Part shown: positions 1-12,400 of the stretch, one piece after another
Position numbering within the stretch: the stretch's first letter is position 1
How the letters are laid out: each line of letters starts with the position of its first letter
IMG/VR virus record: IMGVR_UViG_3300045988_106180
Coordinates: 22,057-86,056 of that record
Strand: one strand, 5' to 3'
DNA length: 64,000 nucleotides
DNA from: a virus
Position numbers and translations under genes: made by a program
The notes under the pieces: generated by a model
What the model was told of the DNA's origin: nothing
The model's input: the letters and a program-made list of their open reading frames with translations, nothing else
Database searches by the model: none

Positions 1-552
1 GCTTATCGGGCTAAGTTCAAGGAAGAACGTCCTCAGTATTTCATCGGAGACGATAGGACGGTGTTTAGATGCCTTGACAGCTCTTTAAAAAGAGAAGAGA
101 AGATTGCTGCATGCGTAGCCCACAAAAGGGCCTTAAAAGAAGGGATAATGACTTCCTTCATCAATCACCTTAAGAAACATCCTACCACTTTATATTCGTG
201 GTTTTCATCAGAGGTAGATAGCGAAGGAAAGAATAGGCTCTGTCTATCTGAAAAGGCTGTTTCGTATTTGAATAAGAGACTGGTTCGCAATGGGTTAAAG
301 TCTCTTTCTGCATCATATCTTTTTAGAACGTTTAGAAAAATGGTTAAGACCTTGTTCGGTTCCAATGTCAGGTCGTTCTTGAATAGCTGTCTGATGTCTG
401 TTTCAACAGAAGAGGTTTTAACCAAATCTATGAAGAAAATAGTTTCCAAGACGGTGCTGTTTTTGTATAGGAGAGCGCTTAAGAACTATCGCCGGGCATG
501 CGGTCTTAAGTACGATCCTGATTCGGGTGGTTTGTCTGCCGTACATGATTGA
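1..552 (+). CDS. hypothetical basic protein, 3' part of a CDS that begins upstream of the window
   Basis: The reading frame of ORF 61..552 stays open back to nt 1 (AYRAKFKEERPQYF...). Product is K/R-rich. Same strand as the downstream giant-gene block. Confidence 0.4.
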   Translation, partial: AYRAKFKEERPQYFIGDDRTVFRCLDSSLKREEKIAACVAHKRALKEGIMTSFINHLKKHPTTLYSWFSSEVDSEGKNRLCLSEKAVSYLNKRLVRNGLKSLSASYLFRTFRKMVKTLFGSNVRSFLNSCLMSVSTEEVLTKSMKKIVSKTVLFLYRRALKNYRRACGLKYDPDSGGLSAVHD

Positions 553-605
553 TTTTTAAACGTATCCCATAACGTTGGATTTTCTCGTTCGTTTCTCTTA
601 TCTTT

Positions 606-3461
606 GTGAAAAAAGATAGTATGAAATTACGAATCATAAAAAATCGTCCGATATTCGCTCCTGGCGGTAGTGTTCAGGATAAGAAACAGGATATTAATGT
701 ATCCTCTACTCAGCCTATTCTTGATTATGGAACGCCTGTTAATAAATGGGGTGAATCTGATATTCAGAATATATATATGCCTTCTGATGTGATTTTAGAA
801 ACAGAGGAGGGGGAGATAAATCCATTTAGTAGTATGCCTACATCCGATCCGTTTTTTGAAAACAATGATGCAGGATATGCAGGATATCTCGCTGATAATA
901 GGGGTATGGTTAAAAACGTAGAGAAATCAGTCGTTGATAATACAATGAATGTAGGTGGTGTTGATGCTGATTCCTCTAAAGAAAAACGTTCCCAAGATGG
1001 TAATCCTCTTGATCCTATGACTACCCCATATTATTCACCCGATCTAACCGGCAGAGCTCAAATGTTCGGTACAAGTCTTGGCCGGATAAGAGCCGGTAAT
1101 AAGGTCGGTGCTAATGTGGCTCAAGCTGCCTTGTCTGGTGTTAGTTTAGGATTAGGTCTTACCCGTAATATCATGGGAGCTTCATCTGCTGCGTATGCAG
1201 CCAGCAGAGACGAGCAGGCAGCGAGGGAAAAACTTGCCAAGGAGCGTCGTCAGCAATTCATCAAGTGGGAACGTGAAGGTGGTGGCGTGAATTTAGGTAA
1301 CGGTCAGAAGATGGATACGTCTGATATGACCGGCGAATATATTTATCCTCTTCCCAAGTCTATGGAAGATGCTGCGAATGTAGAGATAGAGAAAGGCGAG
1401 TACGTGCTGACTCCTGACTCCGTAGGGCCTATGGAAGCCAAAGGGAACAGACATGAAAATGGTGGCACTCCGGTTGATTTGCCAGAGGCTTATATTGTTT
1501 CCGATTATCGTAAGATAGATGATGAGTTTGCCTCTTACGTTAGAGAAAATTATGGTATTAAGGCAACGTCAAAAGATACGTATGCTACACTCCTTGATCG
1601 ATATAAGAAGAAGATTGGTTTGTCTGATAAGTACGAAGATCAGGAGCGTGTATATAAGAGATTAGAGAAAAATGAAGATGTAAAAGACAAAAACACATCT
1701 AATCTTAATGCTTCTATTCTTTCCAAGTACGTCAATGAAAACCAGAAAGAGATAGACGAGCTTGAAGCACAATTTCGTTCTTTCGCTGAAATCGTTTATG
1801 GCAAACAGGAAGAATCTAAGCGTAACGAGAAGATGGATGCTTTTTTTAGGGATGGCGGGGTTGTTGATCTGAATCAGGTAAAGAAACAAGCTAAGGCTTT
1901 TAATATTGCAGAATCAGATGCTAAGAACTGGATATATGACGAGTATGTTAAGCAAACCAGAAAAATGGCTGAAGGTGGACCTACTCAGAAGGAGCTGGAG
2001 GAACTTAGAAAGAATGCTATTGGCTACAATAAGCTTATCAATCAGTTATTTGGACGAACTCTTAATATGACTGTATCTGATGTTAGTGGTCGTGAGCAGA
2101 TTCTTAATCCTGATTCCAGTGTCAATGCCAACCAGAATCTCCAATATAGAAGCAATTTAGGATACGGCAGGGTAAATGATAAGGCGGTATCTAATTTGCT
2201 CGACATAAACCGATGGGCTAACAAGTACAATACGGATGGTGATTTTGATACAGAAGGTTTCCAGAAAGGATACAACAGGCAATTAAATGCATTGTGGGCG
2301 TTAGCTGATGTAGGCGCTATTACGAATGCTGATGCAGCCAAGAAATTCAGAGATGAATACGGATTCTGGGGCCAGGACGCCGGAAGCTACGGAGGGAATC
2401 AGGCTTATAATTCATTTGCCGTAGATGATAAGTTTGGTCAGACAACAGCTACTCGTTCTTATTATGGGTTGGACGTTGTTTCGGCAGAGCAAAAAAGATT
2501 GTTAAACGAAAAAGGGATAAAGAATTATGTTGACTTATTTGGTGATAAATCTGATGCCGCTAAGAAGATTCTGGGCTCCGATTATAATAAGTTTGTTGCT
2601 TTAAGAGATAGTGGGTTAATGCCGGAAATAGACTTCGTTCTTGAGTCTGTTAAACCAGAAATGAAGCCTATTGAGGCCGGTCCCATAGCACCAGGCCTTA
2701 CACCGCCTAAGATTGGATCTACTGGAAGGATAGAGGTAAAACCGAAAGCAAGTACGCCTACGACTGCAACCGACACCGATACAGAGGAGGTGGTTGAAGA
2801 CAACGGACCTAAAGGACAGGGCAGACCGGCGGCGTTCGGTCCTATTTTCCCGGAGATGCTGAGAACGCTCGATACAGGCTTGGAGATAGAAGGTCTGGAA
2901 AGGCATCAGGCTCCGAGAATAGACCCGGTTCTTCAATCTGCTGATCAGTATATCAACGAGCTCAACCGCGCTACATCGGCTCAGTTGGACGCAGTAGGTG
3001 ACGTGCCCGACTCCCAGCGCTCCGCTATTCTGGCTAATATGAACGCCATAGCCGGAAGCAATATAGCCAAGTACATTAACGAAGTAAATTTCAATAATGC
3101 AAGGCAAATAAACGAAGCTGATAGATTCAATGAAATGGCTTATGTTCAGACAGACGATAAGAACATAGCGGAAAGGCAACGTTATGAATCTGGGTTATTG
3201 AAGGCTATGGCTATAAGGGATGAAAATCTTGCTCGTTATTATGATAGCATAAACAGCGAAATACAGAATAAGTTCAATGTTCGTACATCGTTGAATACCA
3301 TAGCTTCCATAGCTCCGAATATGAGAATGCTTCCAAGTGGCCAAATTATTTACGTTCAAGGTAATCAGGATGTGATGAATATGGGTGATTATTCTACACC
3401 TTACTTGAGAAGTTTAAATGAAGAAGATGACGAAAATAAAAGAAGAAGGAGGACCAAATAG
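606..3461 (+). CDS. large virion-associated protein (951 aa), function unknown
   Basis: Long uninterrupted ORF with a GTG start. First of four contiguous giant + strand genes. No catalytic motif recognised. Confidence 0.55.
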   Translation: MKKDSMKLRIIKNRPIFAPGGSVQDKKQDINVSSTQPILDYGTPVNKWGESDIQNIYMPSDVILETEEGEINPFSSMPTSDPFFENNDAGYAGYLADNRGMVKNVEKSVVDNTMNVGGVDADSSKEKRSQDGNPLDPMTTPYYSPDLTGRAQMFGTSLGRIRAGNKVGANVAQAALSGVSLGLGLTRNIMGASSAAYAASRDEQAAREKLAKERRQQFIKWEREGGGVNLGNGQKMDTSDMTGEYIYPLPKSMEDAANVEIEKGEYVLTPDSVGPMEAKGNRHENGGTPVDLPEAYIVSDYRKIDDEFASYVRENYGIKATSKDTYATLLDRYKKKIGLSDKYEDQERVYKRLEKNEDVKDKNTSNLNASILSKYVNENQKEIDELEAQFRSFAEIVYGKQEESKRNEKMDAFFRDGGVVDLNQVKKQAKAFNIAESDAKNWIYDEYVKQTRKMAEGGPTQKELEELRKNAIGYNKLINQLFGRTLNMTVSDVSGREQILNPDSSVNANQNLQYRSNLGYGRVNDKAVSNLLDINRWANKYNTDGDFDTEGFQKGYNRQLNALWALADVGAITNADAAKKFRDEYGFWGQDAGSYGGNQAYNSFAVDDKFGQTTATRSYYGLDVVSAEQKRLLNEKGIKNYVDLFGDKSDAAKKILGSDYNKFVALRDSGLMPEIDFVLESVKPEMKPIEAGPIAPGLTPPKIGSTGRIEVKPKASTPTTATDTDTEEVVEDNGPKGQGRPAAFGPIFPEMLRTLDTGLEIEGLERHQAPRIDPVLQSADQYINELNRATSAQLDAVGDVPDSQRSAILANMNAIAGSNIAKYINEVNFNNARQINEADRFNEMAYVQTDDKNIAERQRYESGLLKAMAIRDENLARYYDSINSEIQNKFNVRTSLNTIASIAPNMRMLPSGQIIYVQGNQDVMNMGDYSTPYLRSLNEEDDENKRRRRTK

Positions 3462-6400
3462 TGGCTTCACAGTATAGTATTTTAAGGCAATATGCCCCGT
3501 ATGTTAGTCCTTACAACATAGATCTTGTTAAGGACGTCATGATGTACAAACAGCAGAAGGTTGATGCTGCTCGTGAAAAGATCTATACCCAGGTAGATTA
3601 TCTTATGGGTCAAGAGATAGATAAGCCTGAAGCCCGCGCTTATATGGAAGATAAGATGTCAGGTGTGATTGCTAACATCAATCAAAAATTCAAAGGCGTG
3701 GATCTTTCTTCTGATGGTGTTACGAGAGCTATACAAGGAGAGATCAGTTCAGTGTTGGATGATACGGTCATTAACGCGATTTCCGGCACAAAAGAAGGCA
3801 GGAGAATGCATAAAATGCTATCTGATTTACAAATAAATAATCCAGAACTTTATTCTGCTGCGAATGCTTATGCGGCTTTAAAGCCGTATAATGAATGGGT
3901 GAATGATGGAAAGGCTGGTTCCCGTCTTGCTCCTCTTCAATATACTCCTTATACTGATTATAATAAGGAATTAAAAGATAGGATAGATTTTATAAGCAAG
4001 CTTCATAAAGGAGCTAAAGTTCAGATTCCTATTCTTGACAAGGATGGTCATCCTACCGGGGCAGTACAAGAAGTAACTAAGGATATGCTTACTCCTGAAC
4101 AGATAGCTTCTTTTGCATTGTCAGGGTTATCAGATAAAGCAAGGCAGCAGATGCAGGTGGAGGCTATTTACATGGTAGACTCTAATCCCTCTTTATATTC
4201 GTATGATTCTGTTCTTGGTTTTATGAATAAGCAGATAAGTGATAAGCAGAGGTATGTTGATGCTCTTACTGCCGATCTTTCTGGTTTGGGTTCTGATCCT
4301 GCAAAGAAAGAAATGGTTGAAAATGAAATAAAGAGAGCCAAATCTGAAATAGCTTCCATGAAATCTGAATTTAGCAGAATGGATGAAAGGACTTACGATC
4401 CGTATCTTGGAGCGATGAAGGTTATTGAAAATAATTTTATTAATAATGCTGCTGCTTCATATGCTTATGATAATTCGTCTTTCATAATCAAAGCCGACGA
4501 GCTTTACTGGAAAACCAAAGAATATAATCAGAGGGAAAGATTAGCTAATTTGAATTTCGAAAAATGGAAGATAGAATTTGAATATGAAAGAAATAGGGAT
4601 ATTGCAGAGTTTGAATATGGTAAGAATAAGGATGAAGCCAGATTTGGATTAGACGAAGAACGTCTGAAGATGCAGAATAGGCTTAATGAAGCCAGAATAG
4701 CAAAACTTATGTCCTCTGGTGCAGGAGCAGCGGGCGGCAGAGCTGGAAGCCGAGCCATGCAGGTGGGCGTTGGCACAAACTCTGGTGGAACTATTTCAGC
4801 TAATCCTATCGAGACTAAAAATATTAGCATATCAGAAGAAACTCATAAGAAGTTTAATAAGGCATATACAGATCTTGTAACATCCGGAAGTAGACTATCT
4901 ACAGCCCTTGGTGCTGAAAACATGAAAAATATTCAAGCTGCCATATCAAGAAATATGACGGATGAAACATCAGGATACAAGTATCTTATGGATGAAGAAA
5001 AACTTCTTAAGTATATAAAGGACAATGGAGGTCTCTCTAATGATATGTTTGACAAGCTACCTATGGCAGAGAGAAAAGCTGCCACAGATGCTTATATGCA
5101 GCTTAATAGCGCTGTAGACAAGATGGATATAGAGAATGATAGAATTAAGAAGGAGAATAAGATTTATGATAATATTGTATCTGAAATAGCAAATGCGATC
5201 GCGCAGAAGGAAGGAGGTAAACCCGAAGAATATATAGCCTATGCTACAGCGTTATCCCTTAATGATATTTTAAGAAAAAATAGAGGTACAGTCGGCGATG
5301 TAGAATCTGGAGTAAGATATTATGAAAAAGGATTCTCGCCTGCTGATATAGCTACTATAAGAAAGAGGGTGAAAAATGATGGCATTGATTTATCTAAAGT
5401 ATTTGAGAGGGATAGCAAAAGTGGCAGGTATTTCTTAAAAAAATACGATGATGTAAAAAATAGTTTCTCGGATGGTGAAGAAAAGGTGTTTTTTAATACA
5501 CTGTATTCTATTAGCGGAATGGAGAGCGTTGGAGGTGATGTAGTAAGCGATATTAATATAGCCAATCAAATAACTAAGGTTCAAGATGATGGTATAAATG
5601 AGATACGTAAAGAATATCTCGAACTGTATTCACCTAACACAGTAACGTATTCAACCAAATTAACCTCCAAGGAGGCTGGTTATAGAGAGATGGGTGTTCT
5701 CAGGGATCTATTTACTAAAAAAATGGCAGAGCATCCTGTTGGTAAATCTAAATCATCATCGGCAACTATTGAATCATTTTCTTTGACAGAATCGGGAATA
5801 GCCGACAATGGAGAGAAGACTTACAGTTTGGTTGCTAATCATACTGGTGAAAGAGAGGAAATAGATATTGTTGAGGTATCTGAAACAGAGTTGATAAATA
5901 ATGGCATAGATCCTGGTATTAATACTCCTTCCGTCGATATAGGTGGATATGAAAGTGGTATTATAAGACCTACATTTGGAAGTGATACCAATATGTGGTA
6001 TCCGAAGATGCTTGAAAATTCAGATATATCACCCGCTTATGCTTCTGTATCTTCAATGATGAAAGTGTTATCAGATATGATAAATGAATCTGGTAATAAT
6101 TTAGATGATATGCCAGAACAAAAGGTTTGGCTTCTTAATGCAGCTAAAGATATATTGGATAACAGTGGAAAGCTTGGTGTAAAGGTTGAAGGTTATGATC
6201 CTAAGACAAGTTACGGTTATGGATATGAGACAAGGCTTTATCTTATGGAGAATGGTAAACCTGAGTTAATAGATTCGTTTGATACTCCTAATGTATGGTT
6301 TGCGGATAATGTGTCTAAAGAACTTGCTGTTGCGCCTCAGAAAAAAATAGTTGATTTTGTTGTGGCAGCCATAACAGAGGAGATTAAGGATATGGTGGCG

Positions 6401-6484
6401 GCAAAAGAAGGAGGTAATTTACCTGCGTCTTTGAATAAAAACGGCAAGTTGATGAAGTTGTTGAATAGTGTAAATAGGGAATAA
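3461..6484 (+). CDS. large virion-associated protein (1007 aa), function unknown
   Basis: Start overlaps the stop of the previous gene (translational coupling). Coiled-coil rich. Confidence 0.55.
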   Translation: MASQYSILRQYAPYVSPYNIDLVKDVMMYKQQKVDAAREKIYTQVDYLMGQEIDKPEARAYMEDKMSGVIANINQKFKGVDLSSDGVTRAIQGEISSVLDDTVINAISGTKEGRRMHKMLSDLQINNPELYSAANAYAALKPYNEWVNDGKAGSRLAPLQYTPYTDYNKELKDRIDFISKLHKGAKVQIPILDKDGHPTGAVQEVTKDMLTPEQIASFALSGLSDKARQQMQVEAIYMVDSNPSLYSYDSVLGFMNKQISDKQRYVDALTADLSGLGSDPAKKEMVENEIKRAKSEIASMKSEFSRMDERTYDPYLGAMKVIENNFINNAAASYAYDNSSFIIKADELYWKTKEYNQRERLANLNFEKWKIEFEYERNRDIAEFEYGKNKDEARFGLDEERLKMQNRLNEARIAKLMSSGAGAAGGRAGSRAMQVGVGTNSGGTISANPIETKNISISEETHKKFNKAYTDLVTSGSRLSTALGAENMKNIQAAISRNMTDETSGYKYLMDEEKLLKYIKDNGGLSNDMFDKLPMAERKAATDAYMQLNSAVDKMDIENDRIKKENKIYDNIVSEIANAIAQKEGGKPEEYIAYATALSLNDILRKNRGTVGDVESGVRYYEKGFSPADIATIRKRVKNDGIDLSKVFERDSKSGRYFLKKYDDVKNSFSDGEEKVFFNTLYSISGMESVGGDVVSDINIANQITKVQDDGINEIRKEYLELYSPNTVTYSTKLTSKEAGYREMGVLRDLFTKKMAEHPVGKSKSSSATIESFSLTESGIADNGEKTYSLVANHTGEREEIDIVEVSETELINNGIDPGINTPSVDIGGYESGIIRPTFGSDTNMWYPKMLENSDISPAYASVSSMMKVLSDMINESGNNLDDMPEQKVWLLNAAKDILDNSGKLGVKVEGYDPKTSYGYGYETRLYLMENGKPELIDSFDTPNVWFADNVSKELAVAPQKKIVDFVVAAITEEIKDMVAAKEGGNLPASLNKNGKLMKLLNSVNRE

Positions 6485-6487
6485 TAT

Positions 6488-9400
6488 ATGGAAAATAAGG
6501 AACAGACATTGGTAGAGAAATCAGGTTTCTTACCATCTACTGGATTAAGAGGGTATAATGCCGTAGTTCCTACGCGATATGAAGAAGAATCTTCTCTTAT
6601 TGAGGGAGCAAAAAGAGAGATGGAGAGGATGAAAGTAGGTTCATATACTCCCCCGGTATCAGCCATAAATCCTGATGATGATTCAGAAAAAGGGTCTGAT
6701 ATTAGCGGAATAGATACTTCTTTTGATGTAGACACATCTTTTTCTGGACTAAAATCGGCTCTGAATGGTGGAGATGATCCAAGAAAGAAGAAAGAGGAGT
6801 CTTATAATAAGTTAAATTCCATGATAAAATCTATTCAAGATAAATCAAGGAATACTTATTCTGGTAAACAAACGTCTTATGGTGAGGTTATAGCTGGTAA
6901 TCAACAGTCATCTGCTGTTGATTTTGGTGTATTTGGTAAAGGAAGAACTATTAAGTTAGATGAAGCATATGACTTTTTATCCGATGGGAACATCGGTCTT
7001 GCAAAGTTTAAAAGTTATATGCCAGGAAGGGATAATGAAGATTATTACGGAAGAAGGCAAACTACTTGGAATAAGGCTGTTAATGGTATAGGGAAACTTG
7101 TCACAAAAACAGCATTATATGGTGTATCAGGAGTAGTAGGTATTATCCCGGCTGCGTATAATCTTATAAAGACTGGTACGTTATCTTCTGCATTTGACAA
7201 TGATTTTACACGGACCATAAATGATATAGATGAAAGAATAAACCACTCTCTTCCTCATTATTATACAAGAGAAGAGCGTGATATGGGATTTTTGCAGAGT
7301 CTTGGAACTGCAAATTTTATTTTTAATGATGTTATTGGAAATGGTCTATCGTTTACGACAGGAGCTATTCTGTCTGCCTACCTTACAGGTGGGATGGGCG
7401 TGTCAAGTCTTGGAGCTGTTGGCGCTAAAGTAGGAATGAGAGTGGCCGGAAAGATGGCGGCGTCTAAGATTGCGGCAAGTGCTGTAAAATCAGCTTTTGG
7501 AGCGTATAGAGCAGGAGCGATGTACGGCAGGGCTATAGGTAATATGGCCAAGGTAGGAGTAAATACGTTCGTGGGCGCCGGCTGGGAGTCTGCCGTGGAG
7601 GCTCAGTCCTTCATGAAAGACTCTGAAAGTAAATACAAGGAATATTTTAAAAATATGTATGGTCGGAATCCTAATCAGTCTGAGATGGCTGAATTTAAGA
7701 GTTCTATTTCCGATACGGCAAACAGCATATTTTTAGCTAATATGGGTATAGTTGGATTATCCAATTATCTTCTTCTGGGAAAATATCTTGGAGTAGACAC
7801 TGGTTTTGCTTCTAAATACATACCTGGATTAAAGGGTGTATCAAACACATATAGGGGATCAAAGAGTTTTGTAGATCGCTATTTGTTTGGATTAGGGACT
7901 AAGAAGGTAGCGGGTGATGCTGGAAGATTACAGACGGTAAAAGCAAATTTATTCCAGAAATCCTTAGCTACTATTTGGAATGTATCTAAAAGACCCATAT
8001 CTGAAGGTGTATGGGAGGAAGGCATGCAAGGTGTTGCTCAGCGCATGGGAGAAGATTTTATTAGATCAAGATATGATAAGACGTATCTTGATGCTACGTC
8101 TTCTATAGTTGATTCTTTTTCTAAGGCCATAGCTGAACAATTTACAACCAAAGAAGGATTGAAAGAGATTGGTATAGGATCCCTGATTGGTGGTTTATTT
8201 GGAGCCAGAAATGGTGCTTTTGGTTTATATGAAAGGAGAAATAAAGAGCGTACTATTAATACTGATGTTGAGAAATTTAATAGTAATAATGCTTTTACTT
8301 CTCAATCTGTAAAAGACTCTATGCGAAATTTAGCCGAATTTAATGCTCAAATGAATGATCCTGAATCAGATTATTATTCTAAATTTGAATTATCTGACAG
8401 AATGGGAATGTTAGAGGATACGGCTAACAATTTCAGGTCAATGGTTAAAAGCCTTGACGAAAGTGAGTTGGCTTCTGAAATGAAAGTAGATGAAGAAACT
8501 GTTAAAAAATACAAGGAAGATATTATAAAAGATTTTGATAAGAAGTTAGCCAATTATAAAAAAGCTTCTTCTTTTGCTGAGGCTATTACTGCTGAGACTT
8601 CATCTGATCTTTATCGATCTAATGTTGCTAATGCTGTGTTTAAGGGGTTGGATGCAGAGGATATAGCAATGCAAGCATCAAATGATATTGCTGATTATGT
8701 AAATGACAATAATTTGTTTGATGATATAAATACGTTTTATTCATTATCAAGTCAAGCTTTTGATACAGCTAATCAGTTAAGGGAATTGCGTAATGAGATT
8801 AATGATCTGAATGCTGAAATAGAGAGGTTGGCTACAACTCCGAGAAGAGTAGAGGATGGCAATGATACCGAAGCAGAGGCTATAAAACAAAAAACTATTA
8901 AATACGATAATCTTAATAAGGAATATAGAAGGTTGTCAGAAGATCTTCTTAGTAGTTATAAAGAAGTATTTTATTCTTTTGATCCTGGAGTATTAGCTCT
9001 TGAGTTGTTTAAATCCGAAACAATAACTGCTGAAGATATATTGAAGGCTTATGACTCTGTAGCTTCTTTAAGTACTTATATTGAGAATAATAAAGGAAAG
9101 AAAGAAGCAGAGGATTTAAGAAATATGGTGGTGAAATACCAGCAAGCCATTACCCAATATAAGGTTTTACGGTCATTTATGAACTCCATACAGGATAAGA
9201 AATTCATGAGACATGATTTTTCTTTATTTTCTAAGTTCTTAAATGATATGGTATCTTCTAATACTAAATCTATAGAAAGTGATCGTTTTTACCAGACAGA
9301 GGATAATAATATCAGTTTGGATGAAAAAATAGATGAGCTTCTGAATAATGGAGAAATAAATTCAGATGAAGCATTTACCATGAAAGTATTTGGTCATCTA

Positions 9401-12400
9401 AACGATGGTATAACTCAGAAGCCGAAAGAAGATATATTGTCTGATTTTGATTATGAGTCGGCAATGGAAGATCTTTTGTCTGCACCTATAGAGGTTAAAG
9501 AACGTATCGTAGATAAGATATATACAGGTAATCAAGATCTTTTATCTCCAAGGGAGAAGGAGATATATGAAAAGTATAAACAGGATATTGATGATTATAT
9601 ATCAAATCTTGGTGATAGTCCGGCTAAGATGATAAAAGATTTATCAGATAAAGTTAGGAGACTTACTGAACCTCGATCTGTGTATGAGGATAATAAAGCT
9701 ATTATTGATATGGCTAAATCCAATTTGGAACCAGATCAAAGGAAGGAACTTGATGATGCTATTTCTTCGTATGTTGATATAATGAACAGACGGGACAAAG
9801 GGGAGAAAGTTGACGAAGATAAGCTTGCCGATTCGGTATTTACCATAGAAGATCTTGGCCAGGTTGGAAACATCACGGATCTCCTTCCTTATATCGAACA
9901 AAACAGGATTATTGATAAAGGTCGTATTTCCGAATCTACGTTAAGTAATTTTGGGGAGGATGATGCTAATATAGATTCTCTTGTAAATGAATTAGACGAA
10001 TCTGATAATACGCCGGGAGCCAATATAGATAGCGCCCAGAATCCAGAGACGTTGATGGTAAGAAGAATCTCCAATGACGGCAATGAAAGGTATGAAATTG
10101 CAGGTCTTAGAGCCGATAAATTTATATCTTCTATAAAATCATTGGTTCCTATTCAAATAAGCTCTGAAACGAACGCTAATGGTACTAAAAGGTATTCTCT
10201 TAACATAGGTGGAGAAACGGCTACTATAATTGAACTGCCTTATCATGCGAGATGGTCTATAGACAAAGAATCGGCTCGTGTTCTTAACCGTTACACAGAT
10301 GTGTCTATTCAGGACGTGGGTAATTCATATTCTTTGGTTTATAAGCGTCTTGATTCAGACGAATTGGTTCCGTACAGAACAGGTGTTGGATTCGGAGAGA
10401 ATGAAGTAGATAAAATAGATCAGGAAGCATTATCTTCTTTGAAGAAAGGAGATAAGGTTAATCTTGAGATAGATGCAAATGATACCTATAATCAGTCTCT
10501 TTTTGCCGAATACAATGATGCTGTTCAGTCCGGTGATAAAAAAAGAATAGAATCTGCTGAAAATAAGCTGGTATCCAATATGGTTATCAAGGTCATGAGT
10601 GGAAACAGATTCGTTTCTGTTGTAAAAGCTGACACAGGAGGCATAGATGGTATAAGTAAGATAAGAAGAACGGCTTTTAACAAGTGGAAGAAGGACGCCG
10701 GCCGGTCGGCCACCATCAACGTCGGCACGCATGTTGTTGCCCAGACCCTTCCTGGAAGACCGGTGTTTAACATGAGAGTAAACGGTCAAGGATATGGTCA
10801 GGTAGAAAATCTCCCTATTACCGAAAAAGGAGCTGAAAAAGTATCTGATGTCGGATATGTATTAAATGGCAAAGTCGTGCTTAAGAACGGATCTAAATAC
10901 ACAGGCTTCCCATTTGCTTATTCTATATTAAATGACAAGGGGAATAATTACAAAAATGTAAGAGTTCCGGTAGTTGTCATCAAAGGCAAAAACGGTCTTA
11001 ATTATCTTTTCCCGGTTAGTCTACGTTCTGTGGAATCAGAGGAAGGAAAGAAATGGATTTCTTTTATAGATATGCTGCTTGAATCAGGTGACTCTGAATT
11101 GTTACAGATGGGTCAAGATGATATACAAGATCTTAATGCGTATCTAACCAAGTTAGGCCTTGATCCGGCTTCGTATCAAGTATCGTATTTGAATCCTATT
11201 TCAGGGCTTAGAAAAGCTCGTGAGGCTATAGAAAAATTATCTACGGTTCCTGATGTTGTTAAATGGGTAGAAGATGAAAGCAGGAATGTGAAAGACATTG
11301 TGATGTCTGAAGTAGAATCTGGAATAGATTTCGAAGGTGAGATGTTTGTCGCTCCTAAGATCAGGATTCAGTTTGGTAAATCATCTTCCAGACCTAAATC
11401 ACTTATAGAAGATGATCTCCCTTTCTCCGATGAGGGTAAGACCGTTACTTCCAAGGAAGATGTGGATATTTACGAAGATGAAATGCCAGAGGAAGACCCT
11501 GTCCGGGGGACTCGGCCGGCGCCACCAGCCCAGCCGGCTCCTGCGGCACAAGATGCGCAGTCTTTACCTGGCAAGAAGCGTACCTCCAGGAAAAACTTCT
11601 CTCTTATGTTAAACGAAATAGAATCTCATATAGAAAAAGAGGGATTGCCGCCTTATGCTAATATTTTTGATTTTATAGCAAGGAAGATTGTAGGAGGTGA
11701 TTTGAGGTTTCTTCGTGAGAGAGGTAATCCTAAAAGCCTTAAGGAGGAAATGGGATTAGAACCTAAAGGAACAGTAGGTGATAAAATATCCACTCCTTCC
11801 GGTAAAGGTGGTAAGACTTTAGAAGAATACGTTTCTTGGCTTCGTTCTCAAACAGATCAGGTAGTCGAGGATTATGTTGGGCCAAGATCTGACGAACAAA
11901 TTATATCAGAGTTGAAAAACTTTTTGAAATATATTAATTTTGTTCCAAGCAAGGCTTTGAATTATTCTCTTAGAGTCAATGGCATGGATACCCTAAAAGA
12001 ATATGGCACAAAAGAGGAAGTAGAAAAAATGGAATCTGATATCAATAGTTTGGTTTCTAAAGTTTTGCCTACGGTGGACAACCAAACTATAGAAGATGTT
12101 TCTACTGTAATAAAATCAAACAACTTGCCCGCCATATGGGGGCCCGTGGAAAGCCTTGATATGACAAACGAGGAAAAAATAGAGTTTTTGAATAACGTAG
12201 CAGATTTCCTTAGCGGCATACTAGAGTATGATGCTGTCGTGGAGTCTATAGAGTCAGAATCAGATAATATTTTAAATGATGGAAAAGAAGGAAGTGCAGA
12301 AGGCGGTGCAGTACGCACTGAGGAAGATGGCGATAAAAAGGGAGATGGAGAAGGCAAAGGACAATCCAGAACAAATGTCGAAGTTGAAAGAAATGTCGAA

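Noticed and set aside
165-449. Antisense ORFs inside long genes, e.g. 165..449, 1662..1889, 2616..3179, 4528..4830, 10430..10789, 11962..12357, 27776..28108, 30276..30755, 41542..41976
   Set aside because: They lie opposite much longer, compositionally coherent ORFs on the locally dominant strand. Several arise only where GC-rich islands remove stop codons. No independent signals such as start context or coupling.
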